From Guillardia theta CCMP2712 (Eukaryota; Protista; Cryptophyta), in the NCBI RefSeq assembly GCF_000315625.1, contig NW_005434663.1, positions 897,882 to 961,881 on the forward strand: DNA of 64,000 nucleotides. Reading direction: 5' to 3'. The notes under the pieces were generated by a model, which was not told the DNA's origin, did not search any database, and saw only the letters and a program-made list of their open reading frames with translations. Position numbers and translations under genes: made by a program. Positions 24,090 to 36,039 of the stretch are shown one piece after another (position 1 is the first letter of the stretch; the number at the start of each line of letters is the position of its first letter).

Positions 24090-25187
24090 CTCTGTATAAT
24101 TCTTCAGATTGACGTGGGTTTGAGAATAGAAATGTGTTTGAACAGTCGGTACATCGATTTGACACAGCACAAACAAGAAACAGTCGAAAGCAGCATTCGA
24201 GTGTACAATTCACATAAAAATAAGGGATAAATGACGTGAAATTATGTGAAGAGTACACAGCATTCATCGATTGGAATAGAGCGCAGGTTCTTACTGCAGG
24301 ACAGATCATAGTGATTTATGCACAAATGATTCACAAGAATAATTGAAAGGACGACGCCGTCAAAGAATTACATGATCCTCGTGTAAATTTTTGGATCACA
24401 AACTTGTTATCAGACAAGATTTTCAAAGAATCATGGATGATCGAACTGAGGGACCTCGACGTTGGGTTATCCAACACTCCACACGAAACAGATCAAATCT
24501 TTTCAGCAGTGTTGCATCAGAAGGGAATGATGCCAAAACAATGCAGGTGATCTGAAGGTTTCAACGACAAGCAGAGCGCATGGCAGAAGGGAAACAAGGA
24601 GCAAGCCGATCCTGATCAACAGGAAGCAACCGTGACGAAAGTTCATATGAGGCCATACCGAGGTTCCTTTGACTCTTCACGAATCGCCAAAGGATTATCA
24701 CCTTCGCGGGGCGTTCAAGTTCATGTAACAGTTATAAATTTATCTCAATATTTTAATATTATAAAACATATTTCAAATATAAGCTGGAAATATGGAAGAT
24801 GAGACCCTAATGGACAGGGTGTTTTCGAAGAGTTGCTCATAGTTGGGGGATGAGGGACATTGGTTCTGTGCGGGGAGGAGGGTAAGCAGATTCGGGTTGG
24901 GTCAGGGTGGGTATGAGGGTGAAAGCGCAATGCGCTATTTCTGGATGCCATGGAAGGCAGGGCTGATGGCGCGACGCGTGTGAGGAGAGAAGGAGAGCGA
25001 GGAGGAGGCACACGGGAGGTTGGAGGATAGACAGAACGAGACTAGCAGCACGACGACAACCGGACTGCAACCGGACGGCGACTGGACGAGAGGAGGAGAC
25101 TGCAAGGAATCCCGAGGAACTACCGGACCGGAGAGGCTAAGGGAGAGTGTGCGAGAAATTTCGACAGGATAGGGAGGGCCCAACAGG

Positions 25188-26550
25188 ATGATGCACTCGT
25201 TGTCGCACTGGATCTCACGGGACTACTTCCTTGGGCGTCCCATCGACGACATCTTGTCGTATCGGACAACCAAGATTGTAAGGGTCCAAGACCGGCTTGT
25301 AGGACTAGCGGATATCCTGATCAAGACCCTTGTGATAGCGTTCGTTGTCGCTGTCTTGTTGATCAAATATGGGGGATTCTTGGAAAAAGAGCCCATCAGT
25401 GGCAGCGTCAACTTTGTGCTCCTGGGAGGCTTCCATGGCCTCAACTACACTGATTTGCCGTACTGTGCAGAATTTCCATGCAAATTCGCGGATGTCTACA
25501 CAATCTCACAAAGCAATCTCCACGACAGGTTCATCCTGATCGCAACGATGATACAAGAACGCAGCCAAACGAGGAGATGCAGCGAAACTGATGATGTCTG
25601 TGACCACGACTCTCCATTCAAGGCACAGGACATGTCCTCGTATTATGCAGCGGGTGTTGAGGACTTCACTCTCACGATTCATCATGAAGCTGTTGCCCCC
25701 ACGTTCTGGTCTGAGTGAGTTCTTGCGCTGCTGCCTGATGAGCGACATGCGATCTGACGTTGAGCTGGCAGGGACCGAGTAGATCGGTACAGAGGCAGCT
25801 CCGAACAAATGAAAGGGAAGCTGGTGTCGTATCGCGATGATGGGACAGGAAGAATGGCGACGTTGACTCTTGCGGAGTTCAACACCGGAAATGCGGTGCG
25901 GATGTCGATCAAAGATGTTGTTGCAGCTGCAAACCTTGATATTGATGCTCCTCTTCCCGATGAGACGTCGCCAGTGAGGAACACGGGGGTGGAACTAGAC
26001 TGTTACATCAGGTACTCCAACACGTGGAGTTGGTTCCCTCCTGCACCCGAGCTGAGATATGAGATGGAATTCGTCATGGCGAAGAAACAGCTCTCATGGA
26101 TGAGCAGCGCGTACCAGGCTGTTGGATTCGGCGATGCAAGGATGCTTGTCAAGCGAACAGGTGAGCCGAGCTGATGTTGACACCTTCGCTCATGTTGTGT
26201 TCAGGGATTAGAATCAACTTTCATCAGTCAGGGATGATAGCGAGGTTCAGCATTGTAGAACTCTTCAAGACGCTGGGAGCTGGGGTCTTGCTTTGGCTTC
26301 TCTCTTCATGGCTCATGGACCAGTTCATTACGAGGTATGCGCCGCTGTCTGAACGGTACGAGGCTGGAAAGTATGAGTTCACGGAGAATATCTACAATCT
26401 CAGAGTGTGCCAAAATGAAATGAACGATCAGGTGATGTAGCGTTCTTGACATAGATGACAAGTTCTGATCCATTTTGTTTGCTGCGGTTGCAGATTACTG
26501 AGCCTGAAGGGGATGTATTGGAGCGACTGAGAACGGATAGTCTTAAATAG
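25188..26550 (+). CDS. P2X receptor-like ion channel, four exons
   Basis: N-terminal YRTTKIVRVQDRLVG plus TM1; AGVEDFTLTIHH; VRNTGVELDCYIRYSN; RMLVKRT/GIRINFHQSG..RFSIVELFKTLGAGV plus TM2 ending MD; YEAGKYE (YxxxK). Confidence 0.88.
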
Positions 26551-26739
26551 TGTGGGCAAGATCATGGAGGTGATTTGCCCTCCCGCGATTGTTACCTTTC
26601 GAGAGTGTCTCCCATGTAAGTAGCTTAGGAAAAGAAAGTTTTCAATTATACAAGTGAAGTATACAAAAAATATCTTGCAGAAACAGACAGACATCAACAT
26701 AACAAAACAACAAAATTGAGAGTAGTTGTCATCGAAGAA

Positions 26740-27912
26740 TCAGTTGAAGATTCCAGACAGGAATCCATCGCTCTTGAGCGGGTCCTTCGTGTCTCCGGTC
26801 GTGCTCCCAGACCCTCCTTTGGGCTTCATGAACGAGAAAGCTTTCGCCCACGCACTCGTGTCGCTACTTGTATCACTCGCGCTCGTTGCGCTACTTGTAG
26901 GGTTGGCCTTGGCCTCTTCTGATTCAAATATCAAATGTGAGAGATGTCACAGAGTGATCTGCAGACCTGTACTCTTGGGCTCCGATAAAGAGGGCGAGGA
27001 AGAGATGACCTGAACAAAAGTTTCTTAGCGACGCATGCTAAGCAAGGGTCAAACAGCACCTGTGGGAACGAGGCAGCAATAGAACTTTGCTTGGTCGAAG
27101 GAGAAGCAACAACCGAGTTTCCTTTAGCTCCCTCCATGGCATCTTGCATGACTTGAACAACTGAGTTAGTACACGACAATGCAGCATTGACAAGGAAGGA
27201 ACCGTTCGTATGTGCGTCCTTCTCCTGGTCTTGAATCGTTTTCAGCAGGTCATTGGCTGTTGGAAGCGTCTTCTCTAAGTTCTTCTCGTTGGCCTCCACT
27301 TGTGCCGAGCTCAACTTGGGGTTCGACGAGTCAGGAATTTGCCGTATCAATGAATCGTCGTTGAAGACAGGAGGCGGAGGCCCGTCATCGTCCTTTCCTG
27401 AGATTCAACTCAGCACGTCGAGACTTGGGCATGCAGACACTCACTCCTGAACAAGCTCCCATCCATCACCTGCTGCTCCACAGAGCGAGGTGGCGGAACG
27501 TACACTGCGTTCTCACCGTACTTTATCATGTTCTGGAAATCGTTGTCGATGTCATCTTGAAGCCTCTTCATCCTTGCCTGCACAACCGCCCTGGCTTGCA
27601 TGCACTTGGCGTCGCAATGCACCGTAGAGTTTCCTGTCCCTGTCCGGTCATCACCTGAAACATCCCTCCTCTCGCATCCTTACCTGTGCTGTTCTGAGCG
27701 CCCGAAGACGAGAGCGTCGAGAACTGCTCAGCCTTCAAGGACGCAAGGAGCGACTGATCGAGAGCTGTGGGCATGGTCCCAGAGAAGAAACTCCTCGCGG
27801 TAGCATCTGTGGACGTCTCGAGTCCGAAATCTTCGAAGCTCGTCACTTGCACAGACAGAAAGGCAACGAGAGTCCTACCAACGTCCTTTATGCAGAAGCA
27901 CAGCAGGAGCAC
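26740..27912 (-). CDS. Hypothetical multi-exon protein with N-terminal hydrophobic segment
   Basis: Chain of exon-like ORFs (27568-27912, 27410-27622, 26931-27350, 26740-26934) with splice signals; start not resolved. Confidence 0.55.
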
Positions 27913-28809
27913 CCCACAGACCAGAGCCTTCCAGGATCCTTGAGCCCTGAAGGATCGTCATCATGGATTTCACCAGGTCTCCTCGGCTCTCTACTCTGAC
28001 TTGGCTCTCACCCGGCACTTCATCTACTCAGTCCATTTTGGTCCTCTGCCATGCCAACCTCTCTCGCTCCATTCCTGGCCCTTTGAACCCATCACAGCCT
28101 TCCTTTTCTCACTGTCACTGGCATGCTATCCCTTCCTCTTCCCTCCCTCCCTCCCTCTTTCTCCCTCTCCCTCTCTCCCTCCCTCCTCTTCCCTCCCTTC
28201 CCCCAACTTGTTGCTCACCGCATGATCTATTAGCGGTGATGATGCCCTCATCTCCCCTATTGGCCTCACTCATCCCCCTCACTCACTTATCACCACATCC
28301 CCACTATGATCCATCCCTGAAGGGCCGACACGTACGCAATGCAAGGGAGGCGCAGGAGGGTCAAGGGAAGCGAGGGAGGAGGGGGGGGGGGGGGAGGAGA
28401 GAGAGGGAGTGGGAGCATGTCGATGAGGGCGAAAGATAGGAGGAGAATGACAGGCAGAAGAAGGCAGAGGGGAAGAGCGACGAAGAGGAAGAGGGGAGCG
28501 GGGGGGCAGAGAGGGCGAAATGAAACAATGTGCCTACAAACATAGAAGGGGGTCTATGAAGGAGCACGAGATAGGAAGAGAGATAGAGGGAAGACGAAAG
28601 GAGATTGGAAGGAAGATGAGGTGGGGAGTGACTGAAGGAGGGAGAAAGGAAGGGCGCGGTAGAGCTGGGAGGGGAGGGGAGGGGATTGGCACCAGGTATC
28701 CTATTCACAGAGCCTGAGATACAGATAGACAGAGAAGCAAGGAGAAGGAAGTAATGAAGCAAAGACCTTTCTCTGAGATGTCGTGTCTGATTTTCATCTT
28801 TACAGCATC

Positions 28810-30861
28810 ATGGTAGACCAACCTGTCACTTGCAAGCTCCTATCACACAGCATAGCATGTCATCCTCCTGCTGTTAGCAAGAAGAAGAAGATTTCCGAGG
28901 TTGGTCCCAAGTGGGCAGACGACAAGTCAGCGGAGTTCTGCCAATCCTGCGGCTTCCAGTTCAACATTCTCATTCGCCGACATCACTGCAGGCATTGCGG
29001 TATGCTCTCACTCCTGCTTGAAAGCCTCCTCGCTATGCTCGTTGTTCAGATCTCTGACTGGTACTGATGCAGGGTTACTCTTCTGTCGCTACTGTGCACA
29101 GGACAGGTGGCCCCTTCCCAAGTTCGAGTACCTCCATCCTGTCAGAGTCTGCAGGAAGTGCAGCCGGCTGTGCTGGAAGGCAAGGGAGAGGAGGAGGAGG
29201 AAGGAAGGGGATGACGGCGATGGCAGGCGGAGGCTCTGCTGCAGGCCATCTCAAACAATGACATCAACTCTCTTGCCAAGTACGTGCAGAGAAAGAACGA
29301 CTGCAACCTACACACCGGCATCTACCCTCCTCTCATCATCTCAGCGGCCGCAGGTCTGGACACCCCCTGCGTTCCCCTTCCGTTCTACGTTTGAGGGCCC
29401 ATTGTAACGAACCGTCGGCACAGGGTTCTCGGAGATCTGTCGGATCCTGATGAAGGGAGGAGCAGAAGTGAACTATGCGGTCCCTGCTCCGAAGAAGACA
29501 ACCCTCGTGACCTGCGCGTTCTGCAACCACATCGACGCCCATGTCCCCACCCGCAATCACGCTTACGAGTGCCAGCGATGTCACGAGGTCACCCACACCA
29601 TCCACGACACCGACAAGGCGGCGGCATGGAAGGGACTGGCGCCCTCAGACCACATAGGAATGACAGCTCTGCATGCTGCCGTCAAGATGAAGGGACACGT
29701 TGATGTGGTCGGTTCCTACTCCTCCTCCTTCTCTACCTCCTCTTCCTCTACCTCCTCCTTCTCCTCATGAAGAACCTGACAGGTAAGGGCGCTCATCACC
29801 AACGGAGCAGACTTGGACGCGAAGACTCACAACGGCAACACTCCCCTCCACCTCGCTGGTGACCTTGAGAGGTTCTCAGTTTGTTTGTGATGATGAGGAG
29901 CAGCTGCCAACGGCCATAACGACTGCTGCAAGCTGCTGGTTCGGAGGCAAGCGGACGTCAATGCTGTTTGCGACTTCGACGGAGATACTCCGCTGCATCG
30001 TGCGGTGAGTCCTCCACCCGGCACTTGTTCGTTTTTCTTTCTCCTCCTCCTCCTCCTTCTCTACCTCCTCCTCCTCCTCCTTCTCTACCTCCTCCTCCTC
30101 CTCATCATCATCATCATCCTCATCCTTTTCCTCCTCCTCCTCGTCAATCACCACCACATCTTCCTCACACGCCTCAACCCCCTCCACGTTCTCGCTGCCA
30201 TGTTCCACGTTGGTGTCTTTTTTTGTCTTCTTCTTCGTGCACCAGGCACTTGCTCACTGTAGATCATCAGGTCCGGGAGGGACACGTCGACGTCGTCACC
30301 CTCCTCCTCGAGTACGGCGCCACCAAGAATCACAAGAACCTCGAGGGCCTGACGGTCACCCAGCTGGCGGATCGGTGAGGGCGCTAGGCTAGGCTGAACT
30401 CCTTCCGCTGATCCGCATGCAGCAAGAAGAAAGCTGACATCATCTCTGCCCTCTCTGCCCCTGTCGCTCCCCACCATCCGTCGAGGTGATGTGTTGCTGT
30501 GTCTTCTTCTCTCCCCCGAACCCCAACTCGTTCTCTCACCTTGTTCTTCTCCTCCTCCTGTTCCTCATCTTCATCCTCCTGTTCCTCATCTTCATCCTCC
30601 TGTTCCTCATCCCCATCCTCCTGTTCCTCATCTCCATCCTCCTGTTCTTCCTCCTGCTTCTCCACGTCTCACAAGAGACGCAGGGGCCCGGAAGGTTCGG
30701 CGTCTCCTGCACCCGACTCAGAGGACAACGATCTCCACGCGCAGCTCTCGGAGACGTTCGCTGTCAACACCGTGCATCACAGTGGAGGGGATGCTGTTGA
30801 GGAGGAGCTCGAGGCTGCGGCGAGGAAAGCTCTACAGCTTGTAGATGATATCGATGACTGA
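28810..30861 (+). CDS. FYVE zinc finger plus ankyrin repeat protein
   Basis: WADD..CQSC..RRHHCRHCG/LLFCRYC..VRVCRKC; ankyrin repeats GMTALHAAV, GNTPLHLAAANGH, GDTPLHRAVREGHVDVVTLLLEYGA; start approximate. Confidence 0.88.
30550..30650 (+). repeat. 21-bp tandem repeat (CTCCTGTTCCTCATCTTCATC-like), about 4.5 copies
   Basis: Visible tandem units; the minus strand reads EEQEDED repeats. Confidence 0.75.
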
Positions 30862-30946
30862 TCGTTGAAAGTCGCGGCTTCCCTACGGATGTTTTAATGG
30901 CTTCTTAAACAAACCTTCTCAGATCGATTCGCCATGATCAAGTCCT

Positions 30947-33900
30947 TCAACTTCGTTGCAGGAGCGGACTCCTCCTTACTGGCGACGTCCTGCTTCGTTC
31001 CACTCTCGTCGGAGAGGAGAGGCTGCTAGACAGGTAGGGATGCGCTGAGGTCGGCCGCCAGACCGCCCTAGTCTCTGAGGCACCTGAAAAGCATGTGACA
31101 AGAGCCTGGAGGAACAACTCCTTACCTCCTCCCTTGCAGCTTCGCCGCAACTTCTGTGTTGAGATGCATCAGGCATGAAGTGACACAACAGGGAACAACC
31201 TTCTTGGTGCATGAGAGAGCCCACGAGTAGAAAAAGAAGCACAGCTTCAGCTGACCCCGCAGGTTAGCATAGAGCTGAGAGAGCTGTCAGGAGCAAGGCA
31301 GAGCCCTCACGACGAGCTCACAGAGCATGAATGCTTCAGGTGGAAGTGATGAAGGTTCTCCATCCCCTGACGCAGCATACGATTCTCCTGGCACCGGCTG
31401 CCGTCAGCTTCCTCTTGCCTCCTCCTCCACTCCTTCACCGCCTTCCACTCGTCGAGCTGCTTCTGCAGCTCCTCCGCCTCCTGTCGACTCTCTTCCGCAG
31501 CTTTCCCTCTTTCCCGGGCCACGAGGTTCCCCTGCGCGTGCTCGCTCAGCTCGCGGAGGCTGCAGCCAGTCGTCAGCTCCGTCGGGGGGGATGAGATAAG
31601 TCAGGACATGAGCTGCTTCCTCCTGTAGACCCGAACGCTCCTCCTCCACTCCACGATCCTCGACGCTCGTTCCTTGAACCCCCTGAGCAGAGTCAACTAG
31701 TGCAGACTGAGGGTACCGCGATCATCTGACCTCCTGCCTCGCACCGCTGCCCACCATGCTCGGAGTACCTCCCTCCTCAGCTTGTTGTTGCGAGCTGAGC
31801 GAACAAATCAGGGGGTCAGGGATGGCTCGCGACCTCGTCACATCGTTTGAGTTTGTTCTCCTTGAGCAGGCGGATGTCCTTGGAGTCCCTCCATTGAAAC
31901 GAAACCTGACACGAGCTCTCCGCCTGCCTCTCATTGCCTCTCGGCCCGCTGCTTGCCAGCACGATCTTCTTGTCGCAGTTCTCCTGCACGTTGAGGAAGG
32001 CCTGCAGCAAGTCGAGCAAGTGAGGCCTCCCTCCTAGCAGGCTGCGAACCTTACATGCAGGATGTTGAACCCATACGACAGCCGCCTCCTGTTCCTCTTC
32101 CTCTCGAGATACTGGAAGTGTCGCTTCAAGAAGATGTTGTGTGAACTCTCCCTGCACCATCTCCGCAAGATCGTGCTCCTGCAGGCCCAGCACTCAGCAT
32201 GAAAGACACGAGCATCCGACAGGGTACATTCGCAGGTGCAGCGACCGAGACCTCAGGAAGGTGTCGGCCAGGCGAGCTTGGCTCTGCTTCCTCTGACAAC
32301 GCAGGTGCAACTTCAGCCATCGGTAGAACCTGCGGGAAGGTGAGGGGAGGGGGAGGAGGCAGCAGCGAGGACGACGTGCTCTCCGCAGTCAACAAGTCGA
32401 ACTCCTCGTGCCTTGACTGGAGCAGGACGTACTGGATCCTCTTGAGATGCTTTCTCTGGTAGACTTCCTTCATCTCCCGGAAGCTGAGAAGAGTTCAGCT
32501 GGATGAAAGTGAAACTTGTGCAGTACCACTGAGTGACAAGTGCAGCCTCCCTCCTCTGCGACGTTAGCATCTTCTTCCGAAGAATCCTCCTCCGAGTCCT
32601 GCAAAACTCCTTCCAGGACGCGAAGATGCTTGACTTTTCTCTCTCGGTGCGTGAGAGCGATCTTGATCTATCAAGGCCAACACATCACGGAGATTATCCA
32701 GACTTGTCTCCACACGGACCGCAGGAGATGGTCTCTTCGCATGCAAACTTCAGCCCACGAGCGCAGGCAGGAGCTCAAGGTGTGCTTGCTCAACTTCGAG
32801 ATGTTTCGCATCACCTGCGTGCATGTCAACGCCACGCTTTGAGCCTTTGAACACACTCAGCTCACCAGTTTCACTCCTCCCAACTGCAACATATCGAGCC
32901 TGGTCTGCAGCATGTGAACTTTTGCCTCCAGCCTTGGAGGGACGAGTGAGAAAAGGTCCTGTGTGCTGCAGCATGTGTACCTGACGCATCTCATCATCTG
33001 GTTGGAATGAGCTTCATCCAGATCGAGAATCTCCCCTCTCATGTCGTCGATCTGCTAAGGGTCAGTCATGCTAGCACCGCAGAGCTCGTGGGCCATCACC
33101 AGGTCCACCAGCGATCTCTGAAGATCCAGAGTGAGGTTCATGTGATGATCGAGCTCTTCCGTTCTCATCCTTGCAAGGTCTGACGTCAGTAATGAGGTGA
33201 AGAGTCTTGCCGCATCTCACTTGACCATCCAGAACTGACTGCCGTGCTTCCTTCCTTGCTCCAACAGTCTTTGCATGGAGTTGAGCGAATCGATCTGAAA
33301 CAGTCAGAGATCAGCGAACATGGAGACATCTCCAACTCTTCTTACGCATTCAAACACTTTGTTGAGAGCAAGCTGCCTCTTGTCTTCGAACATGTCTGCA
33401 GCACAAATGTCAGCAGCTACCGCGCTTGCACGGGATCAAACTCACCCACAGAATGTCTGCTGGATCGCCTGAGAGTGCAGTCAGCGAGCGGGACAGAACA
33501 AGCCACGATCCCAACCTCGAGTAGTCGTAGTGAACTTCCTTGATGTCGTCGTAGACTGAAACCGGCGAGGCCTCGTCGGGGGAGTGAAGTCTCGACGCCA
33601 CCATCTGCATCGAGTCTTGCTCGTCCCACTGCTCCTCACACTGAGCAGCTCACCAGGCACAGAGAGGACAAGCTCACCCTGCCATCGAGCTCGACCCTCC
33701 TCTTCTGTGTGCTTGACAGCTTCGACAAATCGTCTCTCAAGGTCTGCAGCTGCTCGGTGGGTAGTAGATACAACCACTTCTTGTCTGGGGAAACTCTTCC
33801 TCCCCCTCCTCCCCCTACTCCTCCTCCTCCTACCCTTCCTCCTCCTCTATCCACGCTGAAGCTGAGCCTTCGGAGGGGTGAAGTAGGTTTGGACGAGTAT

Positions 33901-33971
33901 GCAGGCGCATCCTCTCCCAGGATTGGGTCCGGCACGGATCCTCTCCGACGTGAAAAGCCTGGCGAGTTCAT
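30947..33971 (-). CDS. Large hypothetical coiled-coil protein, many exons
   Basis: Starts MNSPGFSRRRGSVPDP..; exon fragments rich in E/Q/L heptads (EEERSGLQEE, EAEELQKQLDEWK, LQTRLDMLQ); boundaries approximate. Confidence 0.55.
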
Positions 33972-34951
33972 CTTGACTCCATGGCACCCTGTGAGTTAAC
34001 GTCCTCCTCTTCCTCCTCCTCCCCCTCTGCTATCCTCCTATGCTGAATTATCCTCGCTCTTGTCTCCTCTTCCTCCCTCAACCTCGTCGTCCGCGCTCAC
34101 GTTCCTATCCTGCGATCCCGAGCATCGGTAACTGTCCGACCTGAGGCATTCGGAGAGTAGGGCCTTTCCCGAGACTGCAAAATGTAAACGAAAAATGTAG
34201 TAGGGGAGTTGAAGGCGAGGGGGGGGGGGGGGAGGAGGAGGAGGAGCATGTAGAATGATTCACACAGCTTCGCTGTCTCTTTGCATGCGCATACTTGATG
34301 CATCCATCAAACAGCAATGAATATCTGCTTTGAGGCTGGACAACTCCCGCTTCATGCCACGGGGTGGGGGATGAGAACCTAATGGGCAGAGAGCTTGAGA
34401 TGGGAAAGTGATGGCATCATCTTAGATTGCATCTATACGTTCGAAAGATGGAAAATTCTCAGTCTGAGTTGCTTCCCTCCTGTTTCACATGCTTCATACA
34501 TGCGAGATCGACGAACGGAAATGGAGGAGATCAGCATCGGATGGATGTTGGACAAAATGATAGAGGAGGGAGAAGAGTCTATCTACTGCTTCATCGGATC
34601 TTTGAGACAGATCAACTTGAATGAATAAACACTTCGTTTCTTATCTCAATCTCGTTTGAGCATTTTCTGAGTTGATATACTAACAGAACACAACATTGCA
34701 CTGAGATCATAGCTCATCAAAGTTGGCTGCTTGATGGATCACCCCGACGGCCTGAAACATCATGTAGGATGTCTCCCAAGTCGATACTCTCACTTCCTCT
34801 CCCCTCCTCCTGCCCCTCTGGTCACCCACCCCATCCCTTCCCCTCCCCTCCGCTCCCTTTGGATCCGGCAAACTTCTTTTTTCAGTTCAGCAGGACAAGT
34901 CCTCTTCCCTCACAGGCCCATATAAGTAACACCGGCGGCTATGCTGCGTCG

Positions 34952-35899
34952 ATGAGAAGCTGGCTCGTCGCTCTGCTGACCGTCCTGTCCTCCACATTCA
35001 TGGCAGCCATCAAGTCTTCTCCTCTCTCCTCCGAGATCCCAAGGATCCTCTACATCACCGGCCAGCCATCTTGCGGCAAGACGACTCTCATCAAAAACAT
35101 GGTGCGAGAAGACGGGCTGAAGCACCTCAGAGTGTCAGGATTCTACACGGAAGAGGTTGAGGAGGGAGGAGCCGGCGCGAATCATGCTGTCATCAGGTGC
35201 TGGAAGGAGGCAGACGCGTGGGGTTCGACATCGTAGACTTCGACGGAAGGTCTGGCGTCCTTGCGAGGAAAGGGATCAAGTCAGGGCCGAAGACGGGGGA
35301 GTACACCATCATGGTCGATTCCTTCGAGAAGATCGCGCTGCCTTCCATCAAGGTGCCTCGTCGGAGGAGCGAACACGTGCGATCTGACGTACGTGTGTGC
35401 TCTAGGTCAGAGGAGACGTCGACCTGTACGTCATCGGTGTGTGTTTGGAGAATGGCGACAAGTTGACAGGGGAGCAGATGAGATCGGCAGGATGGAGTTG
35501 CACAGCAGAGGTTTCAAGATGGCTGTGACGAAGTTGATTGAGGTTTTGTGCTCCCTCCTCTCCTGTTCCCTCGACGTTCTTCTCCCTCACATGCAGTCCA
35601 GTCGGGCAAGCCCGTCTTCGGCTCCATCGCTGCGCCGCGATACGGGAGGTGACTCGTCCTGCCGACCTGTCGGTCGCTGACAGGAGGGATGAAGGACAGT
35701 TGAGTTCTGTGAGGAGCTGAAAGAGCGAGAGGATACCAAGACCATCAACTTGAAGCCGAGCAACCGAGAGGAGGCAAGCAACATTGAAGCAGCGTGCTCG
35801 ACCTCTCTGCGACTCACATGCGCACGGCAGGTATACGGGGAGGTAAAAGCGATCCTTTGCAACAAGTTTCCCAAGAAGGAAAGCAAGAATCTTAGATGA
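34952..35899 (+). CDS. NTPCR: NTPCR/THEP1-family nucleoside triphosphatase (NTPase_1) with hydrophobic N-terminal leader
   Basis: ILYITGQPSCGKTTLI (Walker A), VSGFYTEEV..GRRVGFDIV, spliced LYVIDEIGRMELHS (Walker B). Confidence 0.9.
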
Positions 35900-36039
35900 A
35901 ATATACAATTATGAAGAACCCATAAGGGATGTGCTTTTACATCCTTGCACAAAAGTTGACGAGAAATGCTCCGATCGCGTCAAGACAATATCCAATCCCT
36001 CATGACGCAATCGGAGCAGAAGACTTGTTGGGAGGCTGA

